Notes: generated by a model not told the origin, from the sequence alone. A stretch of 64,000 nt of DNA from an uncultured virus (IMG/VR IMGVR_UViG_3300004774_000001) (IMGVR_UViG_3300004774_000001), one strand, 5' to 3'; positions 9,809 through 19,824 are shown, counted from the first letter of the stretch. Made by a program: numbers and translations.

Positions 9809-10995
9809 TATACTCTGTAACTACGTCCGCTAAAGTCGTTGACGGTCGATTGAAGGTTCATATCGACTTGAAGCGAAATGATGAACACATCGCGGCGGGG
9901 AATCCGCGGGGTGGTCAGTTTGCATCGAAGCGAGACTCCGTTGCCATCGGGACTCCGGTCGGTGCCGTTCGGGAGGGCAAAGGCAAAGAGGCTAAGATCG
10001 TACTCGCCAATGGTTCCCCAGCCCCGGCCCATATCCAAGCTGCTATGATCCCACCGGCCTGGAAGGATGTGAAGGTCTATACCGACCCGAAATCGGAAGT
10101 CTGGGTCGAGGCAACCAATGTGACGAAGCGGGGCGTGGTCAACTCAGTAAAGGTTTATTCTCCATCGTATGCCGCTTCTCAACAGGAAGCAAAGCACGTC
10201 CGTGTTGAGCAGATGTTGAAGGAGGCGCCTAATATCGACAAGCAGATCCAGCAGGGGAGAAAGAATCCGAAGACCAAAGAGGAAGCGGATTGTGCCCTGC
10301 TAATTTCAAAGCAGGCGACACGGCCGGGTAGCGATACTGACACTAAGGGACTTGAGAAGCACTATGGAGTGAAGGTGACACCGGACAATGTGATTGTGTC
10401 ATCTGGTGCCAAAGGAAAGACTAAAGTTGAACTCGAAGTCAACGGCGAACGGATTCACATCCGTGATGAGGGTGCGGCAGCTCAGCTGATTGCCAGAAAG
10501 CAATCCGGCGAGGGACTCCACGATTCGACTTATTGGTTGAAGTCGCACGGGGCTACGACTCTAGAAGGCAGGAACGTGGTCCAAGGAAAGGACGGTGTGC
10601 GGCTTCAGTTTATGGGCAAGGAGGGTGTCTGGCACGATCATCTAATCAAAGATCCAGAAGTCGCCAAGATGCTGACAGACAGAGCGAAGACTGCCAAAGA
10701 GAGGGATGGCCGCCTGTTTGATACTGATAACACCAAGCTGGCCTCCTACGTGAAGACTTTAGATACGGGGCGATTCTCTCCGAAAGACTTCCGCACGAAG
10801 GTCGCTAACGAGATCGCAGCGAGGGAGCTGCAGTCATATGCTGGCAAGACGCCAAAAGATGCGAAGCAGCGGGAGGAATGGATAAAGACTATCGCGACAA
10901 CCGTGTCGAGGACTCTAGGGAATAAGCCAGCCCAGTGCGTCGAGAGCTACATCAACCCCCACGTATGGGATATTTGGCCGTCAGCGGCCGCATGA
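9805..10995 (+). CDS. DNA topoisomerase IB (bacterial/poxvirus-like) with DGRLKVHIDLK leader
   Basis: IPPAWKDV, RPG, F-x-GKEG, KDFRT and LGN...SYI match the type IB catalytic motifs. Confidence 0.85.
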   Translation: MIYSVTTSAKVVDGRLKVHIDLKRNDEHIAAGNPRGGQFASKRDSVAIGTPVGAVREGKGKEAKIVLANGSPAPAHIQAAMIPPAWKDVKVYTDPKSEVWVEATNVTKRGVVNSVKVYSPSYAASQQEAKHVRVEQMLKEAPNIDKQIQQGRKNPKTKEEADCALLISKQATRPGSDTDTKGLEKHYGVKVTPDNVIVSSGAKGKTKVELEVNGERIHIRDEGAAAQLIARKQSGEGLHDSTYWLKSHGATTLEGRNVVQGKDGVRLQFMGKEGVWHDHLIKDPEVAKMLTDRAKTAKERDGRLFDTDNTKLASYVKTLDTGRFSPKDFRTKVANEIAARELQSYAGKTPKDAKQREEWIKTIATTVSRTLGNKPAQCVESYINPHVWDIWPSAAA

Positions 10996-11003
10996 GGTGA
11001 AAT

Positions 11004-11192
11004 ATGGAAGTGTTCGACCTGCCGGCTGAGTATTTCGTTGGCTCTGCCGATGATACGATGACGATTGAAGAGGCTCAAAACGATGCTTCAACTCTCGACG
11101 AGGATCAAGACGAAGATCCCGAGATGTCTGGGGCTGAGAAAAATTATATTAAGCGGATGCTAGGCTTCGATCCGTCAAAGTGGGAGGCGTAA
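11004..11192 (+). CDS. Small acidic protein
   Basis: GAGGTG RBS; Asp/Glu-rich 62 aa. Confidence 0.65.
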   Translation: MEVFDLPAEYFVGSADDTMTIEEAQNDASTLDEDQDEDPEMSGAEKNYIKRMLGFDPSKWEA

Positions 11193-11440
11193 TGGTCAAG
11201 GCAATTGTCTACGAAGTCGGTAACGATGGACAGCAGAATAAAGTCTGCGTGCTAGAGATGCGAACTGGTGTGGTTGTCCCCACTAGCAATCGCCCGCTTG
11301 GCAGTTTCGTTCTATCAAGACCCGTCGTCGATCCAGCCGGACGTAAAATCACTGTGGAGGATGGTGAGGAGTTTCTACGCGCTTTGCCCGCTGCGTATTC
11401 CGGAAGTCGAGTGCGGGTCGGATTAAAGGAGACCCAATGA
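11192..11440 (+). CDS. Hypothetical protein
   Basis: GGAGG RBS; ATG at 11192 overlaps the upstream stop. Confidence 0.6.
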   Translation: MVKAIVYEVGNDGQQNKVCVLEMRTGVVVPTSNRPLGSFVLSRPVVDPAGRKITVEDGEEFLRALPAAYSGSRVRVGLKETQ

Positions 11441-11745
11441 ACAGACCAGATGTCTTGAAACCGAGTATGATGGATGATGTTGCTTTCCCCGACGCCGTCG
11501 AGAGCAGGTTCCTCGATCTTTGCGCCGCCTACAAGCGGACGCATGGGAGCGAACTACTAATCCCGAGTTCGCTGGATCCTGATATACTCCGATGGAGAAC
11601 TCTCCGTGTCCGTCACAAGAAGGGGGATTTCCGCCATACCGAGGCGGAAATGAAATCAACGAAGACGATTGCACAGTGGTTGCTAGACAACAACGCCGAC
11701 CTGCGTAATCAGCCAAGAAAGATCCTCGACGTTCTGAAGGCATGA
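11437..11745 (+). CDS. Hypothetical protein
   Basis: AAGGAG RBS; coupled ORF. Confidence 0.6.
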   Translation: MNRPDVLKPSMMDDVAFPDAVESRFLDLCAAYKRTHGSELLIPSSLDPDILRWRTLRVRHKKGDFRHTEAEMKSTKTIAQWLLDNNADLRNQPRKILDVLKA

Positions 11746-12041
11746 GGGAGATTCAGATGGACGCAACATCCATGCTAGTTGGTATCTTTGTCGGCGGTAT
11801 GCTCTGTGGGATGATAGGATTTCTACTCGGTATCGTCGTTGGTGTCCAATCTGGTAGGGCTGATGCCCTGAAGAAGTGGTGGAAGGCGGCTATCGGAGAT
11901 CAAATATCCACACTTCAGACTGGACAGACTTTTGAGATTGGCTTTTATGTCTGCAAGGATGTGGATGACGACGATGGTGGAGATACAGAAGCGCTGCCGA
12001 ACTCAGACTTCGGTGGTTCTAGCAGGTTCAGCAACAACTAA
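11742..12041 (+). CDS. Single-pass membrane protein
   Basis: Hydrophobic Gly-rich N-terminal helix and acidic tail. Confidence 0.6.
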   Translation: MREIQMDATSMLVGIFVGGMLCGMIGFLLGIVVGVQSGRADALKKWWKAAIGDQISTLQTGQTFEIGFYVCKDVDDDDGGDTEALPNSDFGGSSRFSNN

Positions 12042-12052
12042 GGAGACTTGGT

Positions 12053-12310
12053 ATGCAACCGTTTGGAATCGGAGGAAAGGCAAAGCCGAAACTGGCTGAC
12101 GTGCAGTGCTCACGGATGCAGTTCCAGCCAGGGGATAGAATCCTAGTCCGCGTCTATCGGGCGCTGTCCGAGGAAGAGGAGAAGAAACTTCGGAAGAGCG
12201 TTGAGCGGTGGTCTGGTGGCATCACTGAAGTGCTCGTGATCAACGGATTGGATACGGATGTGACGGTAGAGAAGGGAGTGTCTGATGGATCAAAAATCCT
12301 CCTGCCCTGA
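12053..12310 (+). CDS. Hypothetical protein
   Basis: AAGGAG RBS; 85 aa. Confidence 0.6.
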   Translation: MQPFGIGGKAKPKLADVQCSRMQFQPGDRILVRVYRALSEEEEKKLRKSVERWSGGITEVLVINGLDTDVTVEKGVSDGSKILLP

Positions 12311-12539
12311 AGAGGGATATCGAAAGGCCCTCAAAGACGACCCATCACTCGTGGCGTTCCTCTCTGCCCTCAAAGAATTCGACCGTGCCTTTTGTGACGC
12401 GATGGCCAGTGGAACTGACTTCACCCTGAAGTTGGAAGTTCATGGGAATAGGTCTGAATTGATTCATGCCCGTGTTCAAAATGATAGCTTCCGGCGACCT
12501 GCCGGGGTCGAGAAGAGGGTTGAAAAAGCAGGAGGTTAA
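12285..12539 (+). CDS. Hypothetical protein
   Basis: 84 aa ORF overlapping the previous gene. Confidence 0.55.
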   Translation: MDQKSSCPEEGYRKALKDDPSLVAFLSALKEFDRAFCDAMASGTDFTLKLEVHGNRSELIHARVQNDSFRRPAGVEKRVEKAGG

Positions 12540-12615
12540 AATTCCCCGAAAATTCTGTATAGGAAATCCTACTGGATTCCCGTATTATACAGACACACGA
12601 GACGTCTAGGCGTGA

Positions 12616-12662
12616 GGGCCGCGGCGAGGTAACACCTTCCATTTCCGCGGCCTTTGTTTTTT
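12616..12662 (+). terminator. Terminator-like hairpin
   Basis: GGCCGCGG...CCGCGGCC followed by TTTGTTTTTT. Confidence 0.5.
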
Positions 12663-12672
12663 GGGGAATGAC

Positions 12673-13236
12673 ATGAGCAAGATTGTAAATTTCTACCTTG
12701 GGCCAGCACTCGGCCTAACATCACGGACCGTAACGATCACCCGCATGTATCGGGCTGGTGACGACGCACCGCCTGCCGCTGCGTATGGTCCGACTAACGT
12801 CGGTGGATCAGCGACCACTCTTTCCGTATCGCTTGACGACAACGTTATCTACCAGGCGAAACTGATCGATGTCTTGACCGGCGGGGGGACGAGCGCCCCG
12901 GACATCCTGAACTTCCACACGGGCGACCTACAATTTCCCGGACCGCGTTCTGACGACCGACTCCAGATCCTTTCGATGGAAGACGAGTCGAGTGCATCGA
13001 GTTCCAATTCCTCGACTAGTTCTAGCAGCTCGGCGAGCAGTTCGACTAGTAGTTCAATCAGTACCAGCTCACTGAGTACTTCGAGTTCACTAAGCTCGAG
13101 CAGCCCGTCCAGTAGCTCGTCGCATAGTGACTCATCGCTAAGCTCGAGCAGCCCGTCCAGTAGCTCGTCGCACAGCACGTCAACCAGCTCTTCTAGCTCG
13201 CAGTCGAGCGAGAGTTCAAGTTCTGAAGGAGTATAA
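12673..13236 (+). CDS. Virion-region protein with beta-rich N-domain and poly-Ser C-terminal tail
   Basis: About 80-residue Ser-rich tail; ATG at 12673 preferred as start. Confidence 0.75.
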   Translation: MSKIVNFYLGPALGLTSRTVTITRMYRAGDDAPPAAAYGPTNVGGSATTLSVSLDDNVIYQAKLIDVLTGGGTSAPDILNFHTGDLQFPGPRSDDRLQILSMEDESSASSSNSSTSSSSSASSSTSSSISTSSLSTSSSLSSSSPSSSSSHSDSSLSSSSPSSSSSHSTSTSSSSSQSSESSSSEGV

Positions 13237-13239
13237 CGT

Positions 13240-13590
13240 ATGGCGGAGAGAAGGAAGCTTGATACCCACCCGCAACTGGCGGGTGGGACATCCAGGTACA
13301 AAGTTCAGAGTCGGGCATTGGATGACAATGGGTTCAATTCCGTTGTCCGTCTGATCAAAACCGGCCGGCTTGCCCAGATTGACCAGATCAAGGAAGCCGT
13401 GTTCACTAACATGAAGCGGTTGCGTCTCCATACCAAGGGATTCAATGCCATCGTTGGTATCCCGGAAGGCAGCGATCAGATCGACATCGGAACGATCATC
13501 TCCTGGGCCGGTGGAGTCGGACGGAAGGATGAGCCGGCAAAAGAGCAGCTTGTTCTTCTCGCCGTTACCATCAACGCAAGGCTGGTCTAG
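13240..13590 (+). CDS. Hypothetical protein
   Basis: AAGGAG RBS; 116 aa. Confidence 0.6.
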   Translation: MAERRKLDTHPQLAGGTSRYKVQSRALDDNGFNSVVRLIKTGRLAQIDQIKEAVFTNMKRLRLHTKGFNAIVGIPEGSDQIDIGTIISWAGGVGRKDEPAKEQLVLLAVTINARLV

Positions 13591-13624
13591 TCTACCAACG
13601 TACTGTGATGCAAGGAAGAAAGAA

Positions 13625-15091
13625 ATGAGCCAAAAACTGCTCGAAGCCATTCAAGAACGCCAGCAGAAGCACACTGAGTTCGGGTATGGCATTCTGACTG
13701 CTGATCGGTACGTCCGCAACGTCCTCGATGCCATCGGTGTTGATAAGTGCTATCGATATGCTGCCACGAGGTCTGTCTCGTGGAATGACGTGATGGAGAA
13801 AGCTGCTCACACGTTGGTCTATTCCAATCCAGACATGATCACTGAAGAGATCAGCTACAGTAAACGTGCGGGCAGTTCTTTGAAAGAATATGACGACATC
13901 GAGCTACCGAAGAACACCCTGATGGTATTCAAGCACGTCTTGACCACGCCCCGAAAGGATCGGGATGGTGACGTGTTGCGGACGCAAGGCGCCTCGGTCG
14001 ACCCGAAGATGCTCTTGCTTTGGCAGCACGTCCATACGATGCCGATCGGCAAGATGCTCACCATCGCCGAGCATAACAGCAAGAAGTTGACGCTGGTCTC
14101 CTGCATCGTGGACATGAATGACTTGAGTCATGACGCTGCGGTGATGATCGACAACGACATGGGTCGGTTTAGCCATGGCTTCCGGGCGATCGAGTTCAAC
14201 AAGATCAAGGCAGAGGGCGGACACGAGGGCGGGTTTGATGTGACTGCTTTTGAAATTATGGAAGCCTCTTTGGTTTCGGTTCCGTCGAATACCGATGCCG
14301 ATGTTGAAGAAGTGATCCTGTCTTTGGTTGAAGGCAGGAAGCTGACTAGCCCGATCATGAAAGAAGTTGGCCGGTCGATCCGTGAGAAGCAACCGACGCG
14401 AATCACGTTACCTGTGGATCTGAAGATCACCCTGAACGGTAAGGAGATCTCCAATGAGGAGCTCAGCGGAAGTGGAAGCGATGCGACAAAGGGAGCAGGA
14501 GAAGAACAAGACGGCACCCGCACATCAGAAAAAGCCGATGCAAAAGCAGGAGACGGAAAAGCAGAGGAAGCAGCCACCGACACGGAAATGAAGTGCCCGA
14601 AGTGCGGAGCGATGATGCCGAAGAGTTCGAAGAAGTGTCCCAAGTGCGGACACGTGATGACGGCGGAGGATTTGAATCCGGAGAAGAGCTTCGACGGTGA
14701 GAAATCCGGTCGAGCTTTGAGCTGCAAGAACTTGGACCGTCTGAAAGAAATCCACGGGGACATGAAAGAGCTTCACACCGGCAGTCATATCATGAGCCCA
14801 CGGGGACGGGACCTGTGTGAGAAGTGCGTCAAGGGAATGGGGTCGATGATTGAGGAACATGACAGGCCAGATCGACCGGAAGAGGAAGAAGAGAACGCCG
14901 AGGGTGAAGGTGGGATGTTCAGTCGAGGGAAGCGCTCGATGGAAGATGCAATCGGTCAAGTCATTTCCAACGCAACGCCCCAGCAACGGGATACGATCCG
15001 GAAAACGTTCGATGCGTTGGACAAGGTCGAGGGGCAGAACAAACTGGCAGAAGAATTCCGAACTCTTGTGAGTTCAGATCATAAAGGGTGA
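13625..15091 (+). CDS. Prohead protease (HK97-type) with C-terminal Zn-ribbon/scaffold extension
   Basis: DRDGD, LLWQH, PIGK, FSHGF and EASLVSVPSN motifs; CPKCG twice. ATG at 13625 follows AAGGAAG. Confidence 0.88.
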   Translation: MSQKLLEAIQERQQKHTEFGYGILTADRYVRNVLDAIGVDKCYRYAATRSVSWNDVMEKAAHTLVYSNPDMITEEISYSKRAGSSLKEYDDIELPKNTLMVFKHVLTTPRKDRDGDVLRTQGASVDPKMLLLWQHVHTMPIGKMLTIAEHNSKKLTLVSCIVDMNDLSHDAAVMIDNDMGRFSHGFRAIEFNKIKAEGGHEGGFDVTAFEIMEASLVSVPSNTDADVEEVILSLVEGRKLTSPIMKEVGRSIREKQPTRITLPVDLKITLNGKEISNEELSGSGSDATKGAGEEQDGTRTSEKADAKAGDGKAEEAATDTEMKCPKCGAMMPKSSKKCPKCGHVMTAEDLNPEKSFDGEKSGRALSCKNLDRLKEIHGDMKELHTGSHIMSPRGRDLCEKCVKGMGSMIEEHDRPDRPEEEEENAEGEGGMFSRGKRSMEDAIGQVISNATPQQRDTIRKTFDALDKVEGQNKLAEEFRTLVSSDHKG

Positions 15092-15152
15092 AGTCGCCGG
15101 CGGTCGTCGATGATCCCTGTGTTTCATGGGTTTCAGAAGTGAGGTTACGAAC

Positions 15153-16799
15153 GTGAAGATTACGAAAGGTCTGAAGACGTGGATCAAGGCGAACTGCGAT
15201 GTTGAAGACATCGCGGATGAAGCTGAGTTCCAGAAAGCCGCCGGCGTTGCTCTCGGTACGGGCAAGCTCTCGGTGGAGAAGTTCGCAGAATTGGCTAAGG
15301 ACGAGGATGCCGACAACGCGTCTGAGTTCAACAAGCAGCTGTCTGCTCTTGGTAAAGGCATCGCCGACCTGACCAAGATGCTGAGTGCGAAGCCGGCCGA
15401 AGATAAGCCGGAAGAGACCAAGAAGGTCGAAGTCGAGGCGAAGGAGAAGCCGGAAGCGACGGACAAAAAGACTGACGTCACCTGGCACAAGTCGATCAAG
15501 CGGATGATGAACTTGGAACCGCCGACCGACGAGGAGGGGAACATTCGGGTCAAGGGTGCGTGGGAGCAGTACTCCACGACCAAGACTGCCATGCGGTTCC
15601 CGAACCAAACCAAGAGCGGCCGTCCCCATCCATTCGCTGGGAAGCAGGTCGTTGATTTTTCCGATAGTGGACGTCCGCTCGATGAACCGTCCGATCTGGA
15701 CAAAGCGGTCGCCGGCTCGTTCGCCAAGTTGCTGTGCGCCACGGCCCAGCGTGGCGGAAGCCGGACGTTTGGTTTCCAGGCCCTGCCGCAGCACGACAAG
15801 GAAATCCTCCATTATGCGATGGAGAAGATGCCGTGGGGTGGTGTGTCCTCAATCACCAACACTGACGCGGACAACTATGCCGACATCAAGAATCGCCTGC
15901 TGACTCCTCGGGAGCAGAAGGCGTTGATTGACGATGCGACTTCTGGTGGCCTGGAAGCGGCCCCGATCGTGTTCGACGACCAAGTGATCCAGACGCCCTT
16001 CCTCAACGGCGAGCTGTTCCCGCTGGTCAATTCGGTTCCGCTCGACCGCGGTCGCCGGATTGAAGCCGTCGCCGTTGGTCACGTGACGTCGAGCTGGGGT
16101 GGAGTTGATGATTCCGCCATCACCTTGTTCACGACGACCTCCTTCGTGACCGCCTTCGACACTACGATCTTCCGATGGCAGGGTGCGATCAAGATCGGCC
16201 TGGACTTCCTCAGTGACACGCCGATTGACTTCGGTCAGATCGTGACCCAGCAGTACGGCGAGAAGCTGCTGGAAGACCTCGACGACGTGGTCGCGACCGG
16301 CAACGGAACGACGCAGCCGGAGGGTGTGATGAATAAGACCGGTACTACGACGGTTGCATGGGGTGGAACCACCTCGATCGGCAACTACGAATCCCTGCGG
16401 TTCGGAGTCGCCAAGAAGGAACACAAGGCGGCCGGACTCGGTACTGCTGTGTTCTGCGGGACGGAAACCTCCTTTCAGCGGATGAAGGCCATCCCAGTCG
16501 GAACCGGGGACGCTCGCCGCCTGTTCGGTGGTGGCTTCATGGGAACGTCGAACTATGATGACTACACCATGATGCAGCGGCCGTACAAGATCAACGAGAG
16601 TCTCACCAACTCACAGGTCTTCTACGCGATCCTCAACAAGTACCGGATGTACCGCCGCCGTGGTCTGACGATGCGGACCTCACAGGAAGGTGACACGCTG
16701 ATTCGTGCCAATGAGTTACTCATGATTGCGATGGCGCGTTACGGTGGACACCTCGAGCGTGGTGCTGTAGCCGCGAAGACGACCACTGCCCCCGCCTGA
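15153..16799 (+). CDS. Major capsid protein (HK97 fold) with N-terminal delta/scaffold domain
   Basis: Follows the protease. Charged N-terminal scaffold, QK/ALIDD...GG candidate maturation site, and GNGTTQPEGV. GTG start after GAGG. Confidence 0.88.
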   Translation: MKITKGLKTWIKANCDVEDIADEAEFQKAAGVALGTGKLSVEKFAELAKDEDADNASEFNKQLSALGKGIADLTKMLSAKPAEDKPEETKKVEVEAKEKPEATDKKTDVTWHKSIKRMMNLEPPTDEEGNIRVKGAWEQYSTTKTAMRFPNQTKSGRPHPFAGKQVVDFSDSGRPLDEPSDLDKAVAGSFAKLLCATAQRGGSRTFGFQALPQHDKEILHYAMEKMPWGGVSSITNTDADNYADIKNRLLTPREQKALIDDATSGGLEAAPIVFDDQVIQTPFLNGELFPLVNSVPLDRGRRIEAVAVGHVTSSWGGVDDSAITLFTTTSFVTAFDTTIFRWQGAIKIGLDFLSDTPIDFGQIVTQQYGEKLLEDLDDVVATGNGTTQPEGVMNKTGTTTVAWGGTTSIGNYESLRFGVAKKEHKAAGLGTAVFCGTETSFQRMKAIPVGTGDARRLFGGGFMGTSNYDDYTMMQRPYKINESLTNSQVFYAILNKYRMYRRRGLTMRTSQEGDTLIRANELLMIAMARYGGHLERGAVAAKTTTAPA

Positions 16800-16814
16800 T
16801 GCTGACGGGTGAAG

Positions 16815-16864
16815 GCCCGGCGGGAGGGGTTGCGGTCTCCTATCCTCCCGCCGGGTTCTATTTC
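16815..16864 (+). terminator. Hairpin after the capsid gene
   Basis: CCCGGCGGGAGG...CCTCCCGCCGGG followed by TTCTATTT. Confidence 0.6.
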
Positions 16865-16914
16865 GAATTGAGGAGACCATTCACCCGAACGTTCTTTCTA
16901 GGAGACCAGTTATC

Positions 16915-17505
16915 ATGTCAACAGCCGCACAAGAGAAACCGAAAGCTGCCGTAATCGTTCCCGCGTTTGGGATCGAAGTTGATCACCCTCAGAATTGCGA
17001 CATCCTGCTTCAGTCGATTCCGGGATGCCGGCTTCGCAGCAAGATCAAACCGACATCAATGACCATCCAGGGTCATGTTCGGACGCCGACCGCCAATGGC
17101 CAGTCGCCGCCGGAAGTACCCGGCATGCAGTTGCATGTGAACCCAGCTGAGCTCTCCTACGTCATTTTCGATCCATTGAACGATGATGAGGAAGCCAAGC
17201 AGCGAATCAAGCGGTTCCTCAACATGACGACGGGCGTCCGGTCGGACACGATGTTGAAAGGCGTCGATACCAAGAAGGGAACGCTTGACATCCATCGGAT
17301 GAAGACGTTGTGTCGGGAGATCTGTTGGTTGCTCGATGCGAAAGAGGTACGGGTTGTGAAGGGAGCAGCCCCTTTGATGGATGACGTTGAGGAGCTGCCC
17401 GGTAAGTTCCTACTTAACCCCGGTCTGCGGACCCAATCAACACAGCCGACCTATGAGGAGGATCTTCCGGAGTGGATAAACCAGTTGACGAGAAGTGGTG
17501 GTTAA
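16915..17505 (+). CDS. Hypothetical protein (head-tail region)
   Basis: AGGAG RBS; 196 aa. Confidence 0.7.
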   Translation: MSTAAQEKPKAAVIVPAFGIEVDHPQNCDILLQSIPGCRLRSKIKPTSMTIQGHVRTPTANGQSPPEVPGMQLHVNPAELSYVIFDPLNDDEEAKQRIKRFLNMTTGVRSDTMLKGVDTKKGTLDIHRMKTLCREICWLLDAKEVRVVKGAAPLMDDVEELPGKFLLNPGLRTQSTQPTYEEDLPEWINQLTRSGG

Positions 17506-17952
17506 ATGTCTGCGGCAACTGATGCAGCGTATGCTAGGAGATCAGGACGGTCAGCTGCCGCAGCGTTGGAAGTACAGTGGTTCGTTCAAGACTTCCACAA
17601 CCGAATGGACGTATCACTGAGGCAGAGAGTTCAAGTGGCAGTTGTGTTTCTGCAAGACGCGATAGTGAAGAACATCAGTGTTCCGGTTGTGAAGAAGATC
17701 GTCAACGGAAGAACAATCGTCACGAAGAGAAGCAAACCAGGTGAATTTCCCAGAGCGGACACCACACAGCTGATGAAGACGATCTTCAACGACGTGGTTG
17801 ATTATGGGAACGGAGTGATTCATGGATACGTGGGGACGCCACTCGGGTATGGGCTTGAGTTAGAGACGTTGAAACAGCGCCAGTTCCTGACTAGGACGTT
17901 GAATGAGGAGATAGGAAACATCACTGGGTTGCTTACAGGACCGATAGTATGA
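17506..17952 (+). CDS. HK97 gp10-like neck/tail component
   Basis: SKPGEFPRADT, VGTPLGYGLELE and R-x-FL motifs. Confidence 0.7.
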   Translation: MSAATDAAYARRSGRSAAAALEVQWFVQDFHNRMDVSLRQRVQVAVVFLQDAIVKNISVPVVKKIVNGRTIVTKRSKPGEFPRADTTQLMKTIFNDVVDYGNGVIHGYVGTPLGYGLELETLKQRQFLTRTLNEEIGNITGLLTGPIV

Positions 17953-18500
17953 CTCCCATCGAACGCAAAGCTGCCGAGGTTCAACTAGGGGTGCTGAAAC
18001 TTCAGCACCTCATGTTGAGCCAGAAGTTCAACGAGAACCACGACGAACACGGGCGATTTGCCAGTGGGGATAGTCAGAGCGGTTCTGGTGGGAGCTCTGG
18101 TGGAGAGACATCGTCTGCGATGACAGTGGCTGAAGCCCATAAGAAGATGGGCAATGCTATGGGTGGTAAGACCGGTGGTGACTACAAAGTCGGGGATGTG
18201 ATTGGTCATCCTCGATATCGTGGCTTTGTCATCACCGATAAGAACAGCCAAGGCTACAAAGCATATCATCCGAGCAACGGCCCGCAGGCGACGACGAGTA
18301 TCAAGAATGGTTGGGTGGCTGATAGGACGGGTGGCAAGACCGGCGGTGACTACAAAGTTGGGGATCAGATCAGTCACTCCAGATACCGTGGTTTTATCAT
18401 CACAGATAAGAATAGTCAGGGGTACACGGCGTACCATCCGAGCAACGGCCCGCAGGCGACGACGCACATCAAGAATAGTTGGGTGGCTGAGGGGCGGTAG
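17949..18500 (+). CDS. NENHDEHGRF-tagged protein with a duplicated 56-aa domain
   Basis: Tag at 18030-18059; tandem 168-bp repeat starting at 18162 and 18330. Confidence 0.75.
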   Translation: MTPIERKAAEVQLGVLKLQHLMLSQKFNENHDEHGRFASGDSQSGSGGSSGGETSSAMTVAEAHKKMGNAMGGKTGGDYKVGDVIGHPRYRGFVITDKNSQGYKAYHPSNGPQATTSIKNGWVADRTGGKTGGDYKVGDQISHSRYRGFIITDKNSQGYTAYHPSNGPQATTHIKNSWVAEGR

Positions 18501-18505
18501 ATCGT

Positions 18506-19009
18506 ATGAGTGGGGCGGCGGACATTCATCGAGCAGTCGCAGCCCTCTGGGATAGTGGGGGACTGAACACCCTCTTCCAATCCTATTGGGCAACAGCTGA
18601 CCGAAACTCATACGTCAGCTTGAATGACGGTAACGCAGCTCCGAACACCCCGTTTCCTTATGTGACCTATACCGCCCCGAAATCAAATACCAGATCCCGG
18701 ATGTCAGGAACGGGACAAGAGAAACGAAGCATTCAAGATCAGCCCTGGATCTTCAACGTATTCGCCCTAAAGACAAGTACCCTATCAGGCAAGGAACTAG
18801 CAGCATTCCTGGCAGACGAAATCCTCAAGGTGTTTGGTGGCCACCCGACGGTTGAACCAACTTATCCCTCGCTTGACAATGGCAACTGCCTCAACGTCCA
18901 GTACCAGGACGACTATAGTGACCCAGAAGAAGACGAAATTCACGGCATCCACCGTTGGGTGATCGAGTACAAGATAACCTCAGACATCCCCGTTATGGTC
19001 GGAGCATAG
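18506..19009 (+). CDS. Tail terminator/completion protein
   Basis: APNTPFPYV motif, size and position before the tail tube. Confidence 0.6.
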   Translation: MSGAADIHRAVAALWDSGGLNTLFQSYWATADRNSYVSLNDGNAAPNTPFPYVTYTAPKSNTRSRMSGTGQEKRSIQDQPWIFNVFALKTSTLSGKELAAFLADEILKVFGGHPTVEPTYPSLDNGNCLNVQYQDDYSDPEEDEIHGIHRWVIEYKITSDIPVMVGA

Positions 19010-19010
19010 C

Positions 19011-19805
19011 ATGTCAAACAGAAGCCTATCGAGCCCGAAAATCATCGCTCAGATCTCTGCCCAGATCCAGAACACACTGGATGATGGGACGGTCATCGCT
19101 GCTTCGTTCCTCGCCAACGTGAGTGGTATGCTGGAGAGTGGGGTCGGAGCGAGCTTAGTGAATCGTGGTTGGCAGTGGAAGCATGCAACCGCCAACCCAA
19201 AGACGATCCTCAGTGGGGCCAACGTCGTCATCGATGTATATGACTTCGCCGGACTCGATCAAGGGGCAGGCGCCGGTAATGATGCTGTTGGACAGGCCCT
19301 GACTCTTGAGAGCATTGTCGCGGTGATGGTCAAGAATGAGAATGCGGTCGGTGATGCCGGATCGCTCGAGATCGAACCCGATGCCACCAATGGGTGGACG
19401 CCTATCGGAATTCATACCGTTGCGACTGGCGGGGCCGTACGTGGCGGTGGGTTGATCCTGAAGTACCAGCCGGACGCCACTGGGTTCAACGTCTCGGACG
19501 GCTCGAAGAACAGGATCAAGCTAACAGCCAACGGCGGGGATGTTGACTATAGCGTTTGGATCCTTGGTAGAAGTGACGATGAGACGAGCAGCTCCAGCTC
19601 GTCTAGCAGCGGGATGAGCAGCTCCAGCTCCTCACCGAGTTCGAGCAGCAAGTCGAGTTCGAGTAGCTATAGCCATTCGACAAGTTCAAGCAGTTCGAGT
19701 TCGATCTCGACGTCCGGAAGTTCAAGCAGTTCACAAAGCTCAAGTAGTTCGAGCTCGAGCAGTTCGAGTTCGTCTTCGAGCCAGAGTTCGAGTAGCCTGA
19801 ATTAG
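19011..19805 (+). CDS. Virion-region protein with poly-Ser C-terminal tail
   Basis: Beta-rich N-domain and about 70 aa Ser tail. Confidence 0.75.
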   Translation: MSNRSLSSPKIIAQISAQIQNTLDDGTVIAASFLANVSGMLESGVGASLVNRGWQWKHATANPKTILSGANVVIDVYDFAGLDQGAGAGNDAVGQALTLESIVAVMVKNENAVGDAGSLEIEPDATNGWTPIGIHTVATGGAVRGGGLILKYQPDATGFNVSDGSKNRIKLTANGGDVDYSVWILGRSDDETSSSSSSSSGMSSSSSSPSSSSKSSSSSYSHSTSSSSSSSISTSGSSSSSQSSSSSSSSSSSSSSSQSSSSLN

Positions 19806-19824
19806 CAATGAGGGAGGTTGATAG

